Source of the DNA: an uncultured Nitrososphaerota archaeon
GTDB taxonomy: Archaea > Thermoproteota > Nitrososphaeria > Nitrososphaerales > Gagatemarchaeaceae
Direction of reading: 5' to 3'
Assembly (NCBI GenBank): GCA_963718895.1
Contig: CAVRAG010000008.1
Coordinates: 1,248,001 to 1,312,000 of the forward strand
Length of the DNA: 64,000 nt
The first letter of the stretch is position 1. Every line of letters begins with the position of its first letter. The notes under the pieces were generated by a model, which had not been told where the DNA came from, did not search any database, and worked only from the letters and a program-made list of their open reading frames with translations. The translations under genes were made by a program, and so were the position numbers. Below, one piece after another: positions 1 to 9,520 of this stretch.

Positions 1-198
1 ATACAGCGAGAGCGCTATGGCCCCGTTCGGCCTGACGACGGCGAAGATCTTCCCCTCGTGCATGACCTCCTTGAGTCGGTCGGACTTGCGCGAGTAGAGA
101 TAGTCGAGGCCGTCCCGTGGGAGGGCGCCGCTCGTCCCCCTGCCGAACTCGTAGTCGAGCATCAGCGAGAACCTCCTCCGTTCGTCCAACAGCCTCAA
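1..198 (-). CDS. PUA-domain RNA-binding protein (archaeosine TGT C-terminal-like), runs off the window edge
   Basis: Manual translation from TTG at 198: MRLLDERRRFSLMLDYEFGRGTSGALPRDGLDYLYSRKSDRLKEVMHEGKIFAVVRPNGAIALSLY; the DYEFG motif and divergent position to aMBF1 fit the pre-PUA/PUA family. Confidence 0.65.
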   Translation of the reverse strand, partial: MRLLDERRRFSLMLDYEFGRGTSGALPRDGLDYLYSRKSDRLKEVMHEGKIFAVVRPNGAIALSLY

Positions 199-290
199 GG
201 CGTGACCGCCGCCGGTCACCGTGTTAAAAGGCTGTGCGCGGGGCTTTCGAGAGCTTTTTAAGGCGAAGCGATTTCGAAACTCCGGTTTCT

Positions 291-725
291 ATGAGAGCAG
301 CTTGCGAGGTCTGCGGCGGTCCCATGAGGACCGGGCCCAACAAGGTCGAGATTGACGGCGCGATCATGGTCGTCTGCAGTGGCTGCTCGAGGCTCGGGAG
401 GGCGGTGGGGGGAGCCATCGTGAGGGAGACGCATGTCCGACCGATCCAGGCCAGCTTCAGACCGGCGGCCGCACCGGTGGCCTCCGAACCGGAGTATGAG
501 ATGGATCCTGACTACAACGTGAAGATAAGACAAGCGAGAGAGAAGATGGGCCTCTCTCAGGAGGATCTCGGCAGGATCCTCAACGAGAAGCCGTCGGTCA
601 TCAGGATGGTGGAGTCGAAGAAGCTCAAGCCGGACGCAGTCCTGACGCGGAAGCTCACGCACCAGCTGAAGGTCACGCTCCTTATCCCCCTGTCCGAACT
701 GGAAGGGGGGAAAGTCGGCGCCTGA
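291..725 (+). CDS. mbf1: Archaeal multiprotein bridging factor aMBF1 (Zn ribbon + HTH)
   Basis: CEVCG...VCSGC Zn ribbon, then IRQAREKMGLSQEDLG HTH; ATG at 291 follows a TTTTTAA box at about 255-261. Confidence 0.92.
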   Translation: MRAACEVCGGPMRTGPNKVEIDGAIMVVCSGCSRLGRAVGGAIVRETHVRPIQASFRPAAAPVASEPEYEMDPDYNVKIRQAREKMGLSQEDLGRILNEKPSVIRMVESKKLKPDAVLTRKLTHQLKVTLLIPLSELEGGKVGA

Positions 726-770
726 GATAGCCAAGGAACCCCGGAGACCGAGGACTCTCATGGGCCTCTG

Positions 771-1322
771 GTGGAGAAGGACCTCTTGAACACAGTTAGG
801 AGCATCAGGATACTCAGAATCGGACACAGGTACGTCAGGGACTACCGGACCCTCACCCACCTCTGTCTCGTCTCGCGCGCCCTAGGGGCTGAGGTCGTCT
901 ACCTCGAGGAGATCGACGACGGGCTCCTTGAGGGGATAGGGGAGGTCAACGACGCCTGGGGTGGCGGCTTCCAGGTGCTCAAGGTCCCATCCTGGAGGTC
1001 CGCGGTCTCCGAGGCGAAGAAGGAAGGGAGGACCGTGGTCCATCTGACCATGTACGGCATGCCGCTCCAGGACAGGGTCGAGGAGCTCAGGAGGAGCTCG
1101 AAGCTCCTCGTGGCCGTGGGCGGCCCCAAGGTCCCGGCGGAGGCCTACCACCTTTCCGACTACAACATCGCCGTGACGTCGCAGCCGCACTCTGAGATTG
1201 CCGCCCTGGCGATAGTGCTCCACGAGCTGCAGGAGGGGGAAGAACTTAAGAAGGAGTTTGGCCCCGCTAAAATGAAGATAATTCCTTCTGAAAAAGGCAA
1301 AAAGGTTGAGAAACTAGCGTGA
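771..1322 (+). CDS. trm56: tRNA (cytidine(56)-2'-O)-methyltransferase aTrm56
   Basis: LRIGHRYVRDYR..THLCLVSRALGA, HLTMYG, VGGPKVP and QPHSEIAALAI SPOUT motifs. Confidence 0.95.
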   Translation: MEKDLLNTVRSIRILRIGHRYVRDYRTLTHLCLVSRALGAEVVYLEEIDDGLLEGIGEVNDAWGGGFQVLKVPSWRSAVSEAKKEGRTVVHLTMYGMPLQDRVEELRRSSKLLVAVGGPKVPAEAYHLSDYNIAVTSQPHSEIAALAIVLHELQEGEELKKEFGPAKMKIIPSEKGKKVEKLA

Positions 1323-1828
1323 AAATAGAGTATGAGGATACATTCGTCAAGGTAGCCGGGCTCATCGGGGGTCCGGACTACGTGAGGGTAGCCAGGGCCC
1401 TCCTGAACAACGAGAACGCGACCGACGAGGAGATAGCCTCGGCCACCGGCCTGAAGATAAAGACCGTAAGGAAGGCGCTCTACGACCTCTTCGGCAGGTC
1501 CCTGATAACGGGCGTCAGGGTCAGGGACCCGAAGAGGGGCTGGTTCGTCTACAGGTGGAAGGCGCAGCGCGACCAGACCGACGGCTTCATTCAGACGCAG
1601 AAGAAGAAGATACTGAAGAGGCTGCTGCAGCGCCTGGAGTACGAGGAGGCGCACGAGTTCTACCACTGCGGGACCCAGACGTGCGTGACCCGGACCTTCG
1701 AGGAGTCGATGGAGTCCTTCTTCAAGTGCCCGACCTGCCAGCGGCCCCTCAACAGGATCGACAACGCCGACCTGAAAGCGGCTCTGCGCTGGAAGATCAA
1801 GCAGCTCGAAGAGGACATCAGCAAGTGA
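1319..1828 (+). CDS. tfe: Transcription factor E (TFIIE alpha)
   Basis: Winged helix TDEEIASATGLKIKTVRKALYDL, RDPKRGWFVYRW, and Zn ribbon FYHC...FKCPTC. Confidence 0.95.
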   Translation: MKIEYEDTFVKVAGLIGGPDYVRVARALLNNENATDEEIASATGLKIKTVRKALYDLFGRSLITGVRVRDPKRGWFVYRWKAQRDQTDGFIQTQKKKILKRLLQRLEYEEAHEFYHCGTQTCVTRTFEESMESFFKCPTCQRPLNRIDNADLKAALRWKIKQLEEDISK

Positions 1829-2370
1829 TCCCGGACGAGAGACAGGCGCTCGCACTACACGCCAAGTACGGGAGCAGCGAGCGCATAGTCGAGCACTGCA
1901 GGACCGTCGCCAGAGTCTCAATGGTCCTCAGTGACGCGTTTGTGGCGCACGGCAAGAGCATCGATTCGAAGGCCGTACTCGCGGGCGCGCTCCTGCACGA
2001 CATCGGGAGGAGCAGGGTCCAGACCGTGGAGCATGGGTATGTCGGCGCGAAGATCCTCGAGGAGGAAGGGGTCGATGCGGTCGTCGTCGAGATAGTCAGG
2101 CGGCACGTCGGGGCAGGAATCTCGGAAGAGGAGGCGGCCTCGCTCGGGTTTCCAAAGGCGGATTACATCCCGCGTACCCTCGAGGAGAGGGTGGTCTGCT
2201 TCGCGGACAAGATGGTCAGCTCGGACACCGTGAGGCCGTTCGAGGAGGAGGTGAAGAGGTTCGAGAGGAAGGGGCACGATGTGCGGAGGCTGATTGCGCT
2301 CAAAGATAGCCTACAAGACGAACTCGGTGAGGATCCAGACAAATTCTTACTCGAGTCCGCTAAGACCTGA
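1825..2370 (+). CDS. HD-domain (HDIG) phosphohydrolase, TIGR00295-like
   Basis: EHCRTVA, LLHDIGR, RHVGAG and VCFADK motifs; GTG start overlaps the tfe stop; conserved archaeal neighbourhood. Confidence 0.88.
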   Translation: MIPDERQALALHAKYGSSERIVEHCRTVARVSMVLSDAFVAHGKSIDSKAVLAGALLHDIGRSRVQTVEHGYVGAKILEEEGVDAVVVEIVRRHVGAGISEEEAASLGFPKADYIPRTLEERVVCFADKMVSSDTVRPFEEEVKRFERKGHDVRRLIALKDSLQDELGEDPDKFLLESAKT

Positions 2371-2420
2371 TACGTCTCCGCCTAGTGTGGAGCTTATAGG
2401 CAGAGACAACCTCACAGGTC

Positions 2421-2837
2421 ATGAGTTTCGATTCCGGTGTAACCGAGCTTGAACTTGGATGGCTCACTGGACTGATAGATGGCGAAGGATGTATCCACGT
2501 GGCCTATTCGAAGAGAGATAATCTGACGTTCCCTCGTTTGCGAATCTATGGCACGTCGAAGCCTATCATTGAACGTGCTTGCCAGATTATGCGAATAAAT
2601 CCATCCCCGCGAAGAGATCACGGCAAGCTGCTGGGATGGAATGCGCAGGTTACTTCTCGTAAGGCGGTTTTCCTAATCAAGGACATCGGGCCTAGACTGC
2701 TTGATCCCTCAAAGAAGTGCCGTGCCTTAACGATTCTGAAGGTCTTCAGCAAAAGTGGAAGCATGCACGGGAGGTTTTCGTCAGCCCAAGTCTTCTCGCA
2801 TTGTCCACCGCCCCTCAGGTTCAGAGTTAGAAGATAG
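2421..2837 (+). CDS. Free-standing single-motif LAGLIDADG endonuclease-like protein (copy A)
   Basis: WLTGLIDGEGCI motif followed by PRLRIYGTSKPIIE; AT-richer than flanking genes. Confidence 0.8.
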   Translation: MSFDSGVTELELGWLTGLIDGEGCIHVAYSKRDNLTFPRLRIYGTSKPIIERACQIMRINPSPRRDHGKLLGWNAQVTSRKAVFLIKDIGPRLLDPSKKCRALTILKVFSKSGSMHGRFSSAQVFSHCPPPLRFRVRR

Positions 2838-2914
2838 ATCTGGGTCGAAGAACTCCGTCCCTAGAGAGCCGCAACGGGTGGGAGAACAGCATTGAGATAG
2901 GTGATTGATAGGCT

Positions 2915-3349
2915 TTGAGTATTGCTTTGGAGTGTGATACCTTTGACAAGGGATGGCTCTGCGGAATCGTAGATGGTGAGGGATATATCCACATCCGATT
3001 TAGAGGCGATCGTGGAACGACATACCCTCGCTTGAGGGTATTTGTCAAGTCGAAACCCATTATCGATGAGGTAGGGCGACTCATGGCCGTCAACCCATAC
3101 CCTAGGCGTCGTCACGGAAGACAGATTGGATGGTATGCCTCGGTTTCGCATCTCTAGGCGTTGCGGGTTCTTCGGCTACTTACTCCACACTTGACAGACC
3201 CTTCAAAACATTGTAGAGCCAATCGGATACTCGCCTCCTTCGGAAGCGTCGGAAGCATCCGCGGAAGATTGAGCAGTTCTGATTTCTTCAGCGACTGTCC
3301 TCCCCCTTCAAGAGTTCGAAAATCCAGAAGGATAATAAACAGCAAATAA
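2915..3349 (+). pseudogene. LAGLIDADG endonuclease-like paralog (copy B) with in-frame TAG
   Basis: WLCGIVDGEGYI motif; TAG at 3155-3157 replaces the Lys of copy A, and the frame continues with matching C-terminal sequence (LTDPSKHCRA...CPPP). Confidence 0.75.
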
Positions 3350-3361
3350 TCTGCTGCGGCT

Positions 3362-3475
3362 AGCGAGGTGGGGAAGCCAGGTCATCCCGGCGGGCTCATA
3401 AGCTTCGGCAGAGAGACCCGCAGACCGGAGATCGAGCTAAAATCTCGACCGGGGGTTCAAATCCTCCCCTCGCTA
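3362..3475 (+). tRNA. Initiator tRNA-Met(CAT) with two BHB introns (37/38: 3401-3415; T-arm about 52/53: 3431-3454)
   Basis: A1:U72 acceptor AGCGAGG/CCTCGCT, three G-C pairs in the anticodon stem, CAT at 3397-3399; removing both introns restores a GGAGG-TTCAAAT-CCTCC T-arm. Confidence 0.93.
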
Positions 3476-3673
3476 CTCCTTCTTACTGAAATCTGTCTGG
3501 ACTGCAATAGCCGAAGCGGGATTTGATGAGGCCGCAGTCATAGCTTCGCCAATGATGCAAGCGTAAATCGCTGGAGTGTCACAGCCAATCAAGAGGACGT
3601 GGCATTTGAGTACTTTGCCCCCCAAATGATTATCATGAAGGCCCACTGTGAGGAAAGACAGGCTCGGGGGAAG

Positions 3674-4891
3674 ATGAGTCTCTATAGAACAGGTGCAAGC
3701 AGAACGAAGATAGGGATTGTTGTCGTGGTGGCAGCGATCGTAATCGCTACGGCGATGCTCGCTCCCGGCTTCGGCGGAAGATCCGGAACCACAACGACGA
3801 CTGCTGCTAGCCAAACGACGACTACTACACCTTCAGCTACCGAGGCCGCTGCGTCCATCAACGGCTGCGGGGGAACCCTGGTGTCCCCGTTGATGACGTC
3901 TTGGATAACAGTGTACGCGTCTGTCCAGCCGAACGTCCAAGTGTCTTACACAACAGAGGGAGGTACAATGGGGACAGCCTATACTACCACAAGGAGCCCA
4001 TGTCAATTCGGGGAGAGTGACACTTCTATTGCATCTACGCAATATACACTTCTTCCGACCGGTTCGAACCTTCTAACTATCCCGATATCTGACAGCGGAA
4101 TCGTACCTGCCTACAACCTCCCAGGAGTCACAGCACACCTGAATTTCACGGGTAACGTGCTCGCCGAGATTTTCTACGGGACGATTAACCAATGGAACGA
4201 CCCCCAAATAGCCTCCCTCAACCCTCACGTCACGCTCCCAGCGCATGCGATTCAATTGTACCACAGGTCCGACGTTAGCGGGAGCTCGTATGCATTCACC
4301 CAATACCTTTCAGACTCGAACTCCACCTGGGGGACCAATGTTGGATACGGCACCTCCGTCAACTGGCCCACTGGAATCGGATGCCCACACAACGATGGCG
4401 TAGCTAGATGCATAGCGGACAACCAGTACTCCATAGGGCCTTTGGAGGTTGCCTATGAGATCACCAACCCCGGCCAAATCAACTACGGAGCCGTCCAGAA
4501 TCACGCTGGAAACTTCAGCCTGGCTAACCTCCATACCATCCAGCTCGCCATGGATGCGGGCATAAAGAGTGGCTTCCCTGCGACACCCTCGCAGTGGTCG
4601 TCCTTCTCCATAATCAACAACATCTTCAACGACTCTGCGGACGCTGGCATCTATCCGATCACCACCTTCGCCTATGCCTTGATCTACCAGAACCTCAGTG
4701 CATCATACGCCAACACGAGTCGAGCCCAAGCTGTGGCCACTGTCAGCTTCCTCTTGTGGGTTGTGAACTCTGGCCAGAAATCCGGGGGCCCTCTGGGCTA
4801 TCCTGCGCTCCCGTCTAGCGCCGTCACCCTCGACGATCAAGTCCTTAGCTCAATCACCTACAACGAAACTCCGGTGTACACCGGACCCTAG
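3674..4891 (+). CDS. pstS: PstS-like phosphate ABC transporter substrate-binding protein (membrane-anchored)
   Basis: N-terminal TM + Thr linker; VPAYNLPG, WNDPQIASLNP, HRSDVSGSSYAFTQYLS and YPITTFAY motifs. Confidence 0.85.
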   Translation: MSLYRTGASRTKIGIVVVVAAIVIATAMLAPGFGGRSGTTTTTAASQTTTTTPSATEAAASINGCGGTLVSPLMTSWITVYASVQPNVQVSYTTEGGTMGTAYTTTRSPCQFGESDTSIASTQYTLLPTGSNLLTIPISDSGIVPAYNLPGVTAHLNFTGNVLAEIFYGTINQWNDPQIASLNPHVTLPAHAIQLYHRSDVSGSSYAFTQYLSDSNSTWGTNVGYGTSVNWPTGIGCPHNDGVARCIADNQYSIGPLEVAYEITNPGQINYGAVQNHAGNFSLANLHTIQLAMDAGIKSGFPATPSQWSSFSIINNIFNDSADAGIYPITTFAYALIYQNLSASYANTSRAQAVATVSFLLWVVNSGQKSGGPLGYPALPSSAVTLDDQVLSSITYNETPVYTGP

Positions 4892-4962
4892 CCGAGGCGG
4901 AATCTTGGCGAAAGCCGAAATATGGTCCCCTCGCTACTACTTTTCGAACAACCCTTAACAGG

Positions 4963-6153
4963 GTGGGTACCAACCTACGCGTGTTGACCAAGGACTCCAC
5001 CCGGTCGGTCCACGGGACCGAGGAGCTCGACAGGAGCACGGGTTCCGTGCTCGCGCCGATCTACCAGACAGTTACCTTCGGCTTCAGGAAGGCCGAGGAC
5101 GTGGGGAGGGCGGTCAGGGGCGAGACCGACGACTTCGTCTACACCCGCTGGGACAACCCGACCACCCGCATCCTCGAGAGGAAGCTGGCCGACCTCGAGG
5201 GCGCCCAGGCGTGCGCCTTCTTCTCGTCGGGGATGGCCGCGATCTCGACCGCGGTGATGGCCAACGTCAAGAAGGGCGACCACGTCCTGGCGACGAGGGA
5301 CCTGTACGGGGAGACCTACAGGCTGATTCACGACATCCTCCCGCAGTTCGGCGTCCGGACGACCCTCGTCGACACCGAGGACCTCGAGGCAATGAGGCGG
5401 AGTGTCAGGCCGAACACGAAGATCGTGTACGTGGAGACCCCGACCAACCCCACGCTGAAGCTGGTCGACATACGCGGGGCCGCCAAGATAGCGCGCTCGG
5501 TCGGCGCAACGCTCATGGTCGACAACACGTTCTCCTCCCCCCTGGGCCAGCTTCCCCTGAAGCTCGGGGCGGACATTGTCGTCCACGGCGCTACGAAGTA
5601 CCTCAACGGCCACTCGGACGTGATGGCGGGCGCGGCAGCCGGGAAGAAGGACGCGATTCAGAGCATCAGGAGGATGAGGAAGGTGCTCGGCGGGACCCTC
5701 GACCCGCACGCGGCCTTCCTGGTCATCCGCGGGATCAAGACGCTCGCCATTAGGATGGAGAAGCACAACAAGAGCGCGGCGGCCCTGACCGCCTTCCTCG
5801 AGTCCCATGAGAAGGTGCGCAGGGTGAACTACCCGGGGCTCGAGAGCCACCCGCAGCACGACCTCGCGAAGAGGCAGATGAGCGGCTACGGCGGGATGTT
5901 CAGCTTCGAGCTGAAGGGCAGCATGAAGGACGCGATGCGCTTCACCGAGTCCCTGAGGGTCGCGACCCTGGGCGCGAGCCTGGGCGCCGTCGAGACCCTC
6001 GTCGTGCAGCCGGCGACGATGACGCACACGCAGCTTACCCCAGAGGACCGTCGGAGGACCGGCATCTCGGACACCCTGATCCGGGTCTCCGTCGGGATAG
6101 AGGACGCCGAGGACCTCATCGACGACTTCGAGCAGGCACTCGCAAAGGTCTGA
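4963..6153 (+). CDS. PLP-dependent cystathionine gamma-synthase/methionine gamma-lyase family enzyme
   Basis: YTRWDNPT, FSSGMAAI, ETPTNPTL, VDNTF, ATKYLNGHSD (PLP Lys), SLGAVETL, RVSVGIED. Confidence 0.92.
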   Translation: MGTNLRVLTKDSTRSVHGTEELDRSTGSVLAPIYQTVTFGFRKAEDVGRAVRGETDDFVYTRWDNPTTRILERKLADLEGAQACAFFSSGMAAISTAVMANVKKGDHVLATRDLYGETYRLIHDILPQFGVRTTLVDTEDLEAMRRSVRPNTKIVYVETPTNPTLKLVDIRGAAKIARSVGATLMVDNTFSSPLGQLPLKLGADIVVHGATKYLNGHSDVMAGAAAGKKDAIQSIRRMRKVLGGTLDPHAAFLVIRGIKTLAIRMEKHNKSAAALTAFLESHEKVRRVNYPGLESHPQHDLAKRQMSGYGGMFSFELKGSMKDAMRFTESLRVATLGASLGAVETLVVQPATMTHTQLTPEDRRRTGISDTLIRVSVGIEDAEDLIDDFEQALAKV

Positions 6154-7468
6154 CGCCCGCCTGCCGGATCCAGCCCTCGACGATAGGGTGGGGGTGGTAG
6201 ACCTCCCTGCCGTAGCGTATCAGTTGCTTCGTGAGGTGCCTCTGTGCTCCCGGCGAGGGCAGGTAGACTCCGGGCTGGACGTCCCTCGGCACCGCGATCA
6301 CCCTCCTCGACGCTCCGCGCAGCCTTGCGCCGCACCCCCTGCACTGGAACCCCTTGTCCCGCCCCTCGGACTTCGTCCTTCTCCCGCAGTCATCGCACAA
6401 CGGGTTCTCACCCTTCAGCTTCTGCTCCGTGGCGAGGACCTCGATCTTCTCGACATTGAGAACGGCCGGATGCCTAGGGGTCGCCCTTCTCACGCCTCCG
6501 AAGACCCGCAGACGGTCGCCCTCGATCAGGTTCCTTGCCATCCTCCGAAGGTCTCCCGCTGGTTCGTAGACAGCGGCGGGCACAGTAGAACCCGACACAT
6601 CGAGGCTGAGATACAGGTGTCCACCCTCGCGCTCACGCAACGCCCTGATCGAACCCTCAAGCCACCCGGCGGAGTAGGCGGAGAGCGGCAGGGCGAGCCG
6701 GGTCGTCAGATGGGCGTCGGTGCACTGGTTTGAAAGGTAGATCATGTGACCCGCGAGCTCCTCCTCAAACCTGACCGACTTGAACGCTTGAAGCGCGGCG
6801 TCGGGCGAGTCGGCCCGCAGCCCCAGGAAGACGGGGTCCGGTCCGTGGGGCGCTATCAGGACCCTCCGAGCGCCATAGTCGTAGCTGTTCAGGCAGTGCG
6901 GGAACATCTCGCTCTCGGTCCGCTTGACCGACTCGGGGTCGATGAACCTGGGCTTCCCGCATTCGTCCGGCCGCCTGTAGGCGATCAGCTCGTAGGTGTG
7001 GTCGTCTTCCTCGCGGAATCCCAAGCTCGCCGAGGCCCCGACAAGCCCCATGCCGTTCCCGAGCGTGAAGTGTCTGATCCGGTGCTCCTCCAGAAGTCGG
7101 GCGACCTTCTTCCAGTTGACCACGCCCCGAATCGCCGCTTCGTAGAGAGGACGGAAGACATCGATTCTGGGGTCACCTTCCAGGAACACCGCCCCCGAGT
7201 TGGCGCCATTCTCGACGTCAGACAGCTGCCGCAGGAGCGACTCGGCGATCTCGAAAGCTTCGTCAGGATGTTCCGACTCGAAATCCAGGCAGACGGCGGC
7301 GTTCCCCCGCGTCTTGAAGGGGATGTTCGGATTGAGCCTGACGAGCCTCGGGTAACGATCAAACTTGCACCCCTGAGACAACAAGGCGCCGGCGACCCGG
7401 TAGCCGAGATGGGTCGTGCATCGCCCCATCCTCGAGTCAGTGTCATCGAAGGCCATCAGGCACCGCAT
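6116..7468 (-). CDS. tiaS: tRNA(Ile2) 2-agmatinylcytidine synthetase
   Basis: DDTDSRMGRCTT, PRLVRLNPNIPFKTRGN, PHGPDPV, NQCTDAH, Zn ribbon and RHLTK. Confidence 0.95.
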   Translation of the reverse strand: MRCLMAFDDTDSRMGRCTTHLGYRVAGALLSQGCKFDRYPRLVRLNPNIPFKTRGNAAVCLDFESEHPDEAFEIAESLLRQLSDVENGANSGAVFLEGDPRIDVFRPLYEAAIRGVVNWKKVARLLEEHRIRHFTLGNGMGLVGASASLGFREEDDHTYELIAYRRPDECGKPRFIDPESVKRTESEMFPHCLNSYDYGARRVLIAPHGPDPVFLGLRADSPDAALQAFKSVRFEEELAGHMIYLSNQCTDAHLTTRLALPLSAYSAGWLEGSIRALREREGGHLYLSLDVSGSTVPAAVYEPAGDLRRMARNLIEGDRLRVFGGVRRATPRHPAVLNVEKIEVLATEQKLKGENPLCDDCGRRTKSEGRDKGFQCRGCGARLRGASRRVIAVPRDVQPGVYLPSPGAQRHLTKQLIRYGREVYHPHPIVEGWIRQAGVRPLRVPARSRR

Positions 7469-7679
7469 GGGGAACGGGAGACACGTGACAGGGAGCTTGA
7501 TTTAAGGGATGCCGGCTCAAAGGTGTTAAGGAAGATTCGTCGTCAGGATCATAGGAAAGATTGAAGCCCCTTACGCGCACAGCGGCCTCCGTTGCCATCC
7601 TGGCGGTCCTCGTCTCCGGTCCGCTGGTCGTGAGAGCGCAAAGGGAGACTCCGACGGTAACTCCGCCTTCCAGCCGAAG

Positions 7680-9107
7680 TCACGAAGATTCTCCTGCACC
7701 GGACGAGCCGCCAGAGAGTTGATCGTCCTGGCGGGCTCTCCCTGGCCTCCCCGACAGCAAGAGAAGCACGACGCCCGCGATTGCGGGGAGGACCAAGACC
7801 GCGGCGGCGATTACGAGTGAGTTGTTGGGTGTGGAGCCCCCGAGGTTGGACAGGGTGACAGACCTGGTGGAGTTACCCAGCACAAGCGGGTAGTGGTTGG
7901 GGACGAACTGCCCGGGCAACAGGAGGGGCGCCCGTACCGACTGAGAGAAGTCGAACGCGCCCATCAGGTCGTTGGCTGCCGCGTCCCTCGACGCCAGCGG
8001 CTGAAGCGAAAAGACCGTCTCGACGAACTTGAGGATCGAGGTGAAGTCCCCCTGCGTGTGGTCGATGAAGCCCTGCTTCGCATAGGGTGAGATTATCAGG
8101 CATGGGACCCTGAACCCGTAGCCGTACTGGTCCACCTGGGGTGGTGCCACGTGGTCGTACCATCCGCCGTAGTCATCCCAGGTCACGAAGATGGCGGTAG
8201 AGTTCCAGTACGGGCTCGCCATCACCGCGTTGATCTCAGAAACCACGTCCTGCTCGCCGGTCGATATGTCGTAGGGCGGATGCTCGCTGGCCTGGTCAGT
8301 CTCTGGCATGATCCAGACGGCGCTGGCCAGACGGTGGTTCGCGACGTCGGTCAGGAACTGCTGGGTGGGCGCGAGATCCTGGAGCCTGGTGTGGTTGTCC
8401 TGGAACGAAGCGAAGCCGGGCAAGGGATTCCAATTGTTCAGGACCCCATACCCTCCTGCGTAGTACTTCCAGGAGATGTGATTGGCGTCGAGCTCGTCCA
8501 TTATCGTCTTGAAGTAGAAGGTGTTGTCGTGCACGGTGCTAGAATTGTAGTTGAACTTCCCCGCTTGGGCATCGGTGATAAGCCCCCCTGACTGTCCTGC
8601 GATCAGGTAGAGATGATTGGGAAGGCTCGGGCCCAAGACAGGAGAGTAGAAGTTGTCGAGCAGGACGAACTGGGAGGCGTAGTCCCAGTAGTACGGGATG
8701 AGCGAGGGGTTGAAGTAACCCATCGTCAGGTTCGTGTTGGACGCCGCCACAAAACCGTCCATCCTGCCACCATCGTAGGCCTGGAGGGCGCACGCGTTGC
8801 TATGGCAGAGGTCCTGAGAAACGGAAGTCGTATTGATCATGAAGGGTTTGATGAGCGGTCTGGTAGCGGAGCCAACCGCAGGCTCCGGAGTCGCGCTGGC
8901 TATTCCGTTCGCGCCCGGGTACGTGCCGAAGTAGTTGTCGAATGTGTGGTTCTCCTCGACGATGACGATCACGTGCTTGATCGGGTCGGGACCGGTGGTG
9001 GACACGGTCGCTCCCAGCACCGGGGAGATTGCGGAAAGAACCAAGATAGAGAGGAGCGCGGCAGAGATGGCAGGGCTGGACCTGGTCCTCGAAGCGGTCA
9101 AGAACAC
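7680..9107 (-). CDS. Secreted phosphoesterase (phospholipase C/acid phosphatase AcpA family) with C-terminal membrane anchor
   Basis: [47 protein letters not shown]; signal peptide and C-terminal TM. Confidence 0.92.
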   Translation of the reverse strand: MFLTASRTRSSPAISAALLSILVLSAISPVLGATVSTTGPDPIKHVIVIVEENHTFDNYFGTYPGANGIASATPEPAVGSATRPLIKPFMINTTSVSQDLCHSNACALQAYDGGRMDGFVAASNTNLTMGYFNPSLIPYYWDYASQFVLLDNFYSPVLGPSLPNHLYLIAGQSGGLITDAQAGKFNYNSSTVHDNTFYFKTIMDELDANHISWKYYAGGYGVLNNWNPLPGFASFQDNHTRLQDLAPTQQFLTDVANHRLASAVWIMPETDQASEHPPYDISTGEQDVVSEINAVMASPYWNSTAIFVTWDDYGGWYDHVAPPQVDQYGYGFRVPCLIISPYAKQGFIDHTQGDFTSILKFVETVFSLQPLASRDAAANDLMGAFDFSQSVRAPLLLPGQFVPNHYPLVLGNSTRSVTLSNLGGSTPNNSLVIAAAVLVLPAIAGVVLLLLSGRPGRARQDDQLSGGSSGAGESS

Positions 9108-9192
9108 TGGGACAGAGGTGCTAGGAGTTCTTATTCGTTAGCGTTCTTTCTGCTGAAATAGTCTTCCTTGCCTAGTCTCTTGTGGAGAGGCG

Positions 9193-9439
9193 CTAGGCCG
9201 GGGAGTCGCCTTCGACGACAATCATGGTGAGGGTGCTGCGGACCCTGTCGAGCCTGCGGACCTTCCACGTGATTGTCTCTTTCACCTTGTCCATGGTATC
9301 AGACTTGACCTTGGCCACGATGTCGTAGACCCCGTAGACGACATAGACTTCCTCAACGTTCGGAATATCCTTCAGCTGCTTTACGAGATCCTCTTCAGCA
9401 CCTAGGTCAGCGTTAATTAGAACGAAAGGCCATCGGCAT
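9193..9439 (-). CDS. Stand-alone Lrp/AsnC ligand-binding (RAM) domain protein; one extra base near the 5' end
   Basis: MPMA(F)VLINADLG...VYGVYDIVAKV...VRSTLTMIV; removing one T after ATG CCG ATG GCC restores the frame. Confidence 0.88.
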
Positions 9440-9520
9440 TGCCGGGTATCACCTAGTCCATTGTATGGCACCCATAGGTAATAACCGTTGCCTTTTTATT
9501 GCGAAACGAACTTCGTAGAC

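Noticed and set aside
2371-3361. Group I or archaeal rRNA intron, or intein, hosting the LAGLIDADG ORFs
   Set aside because: No interrupted host gene or rRNA flanks, no intein C/S...HN termini, and both neighbouring genes are complete.
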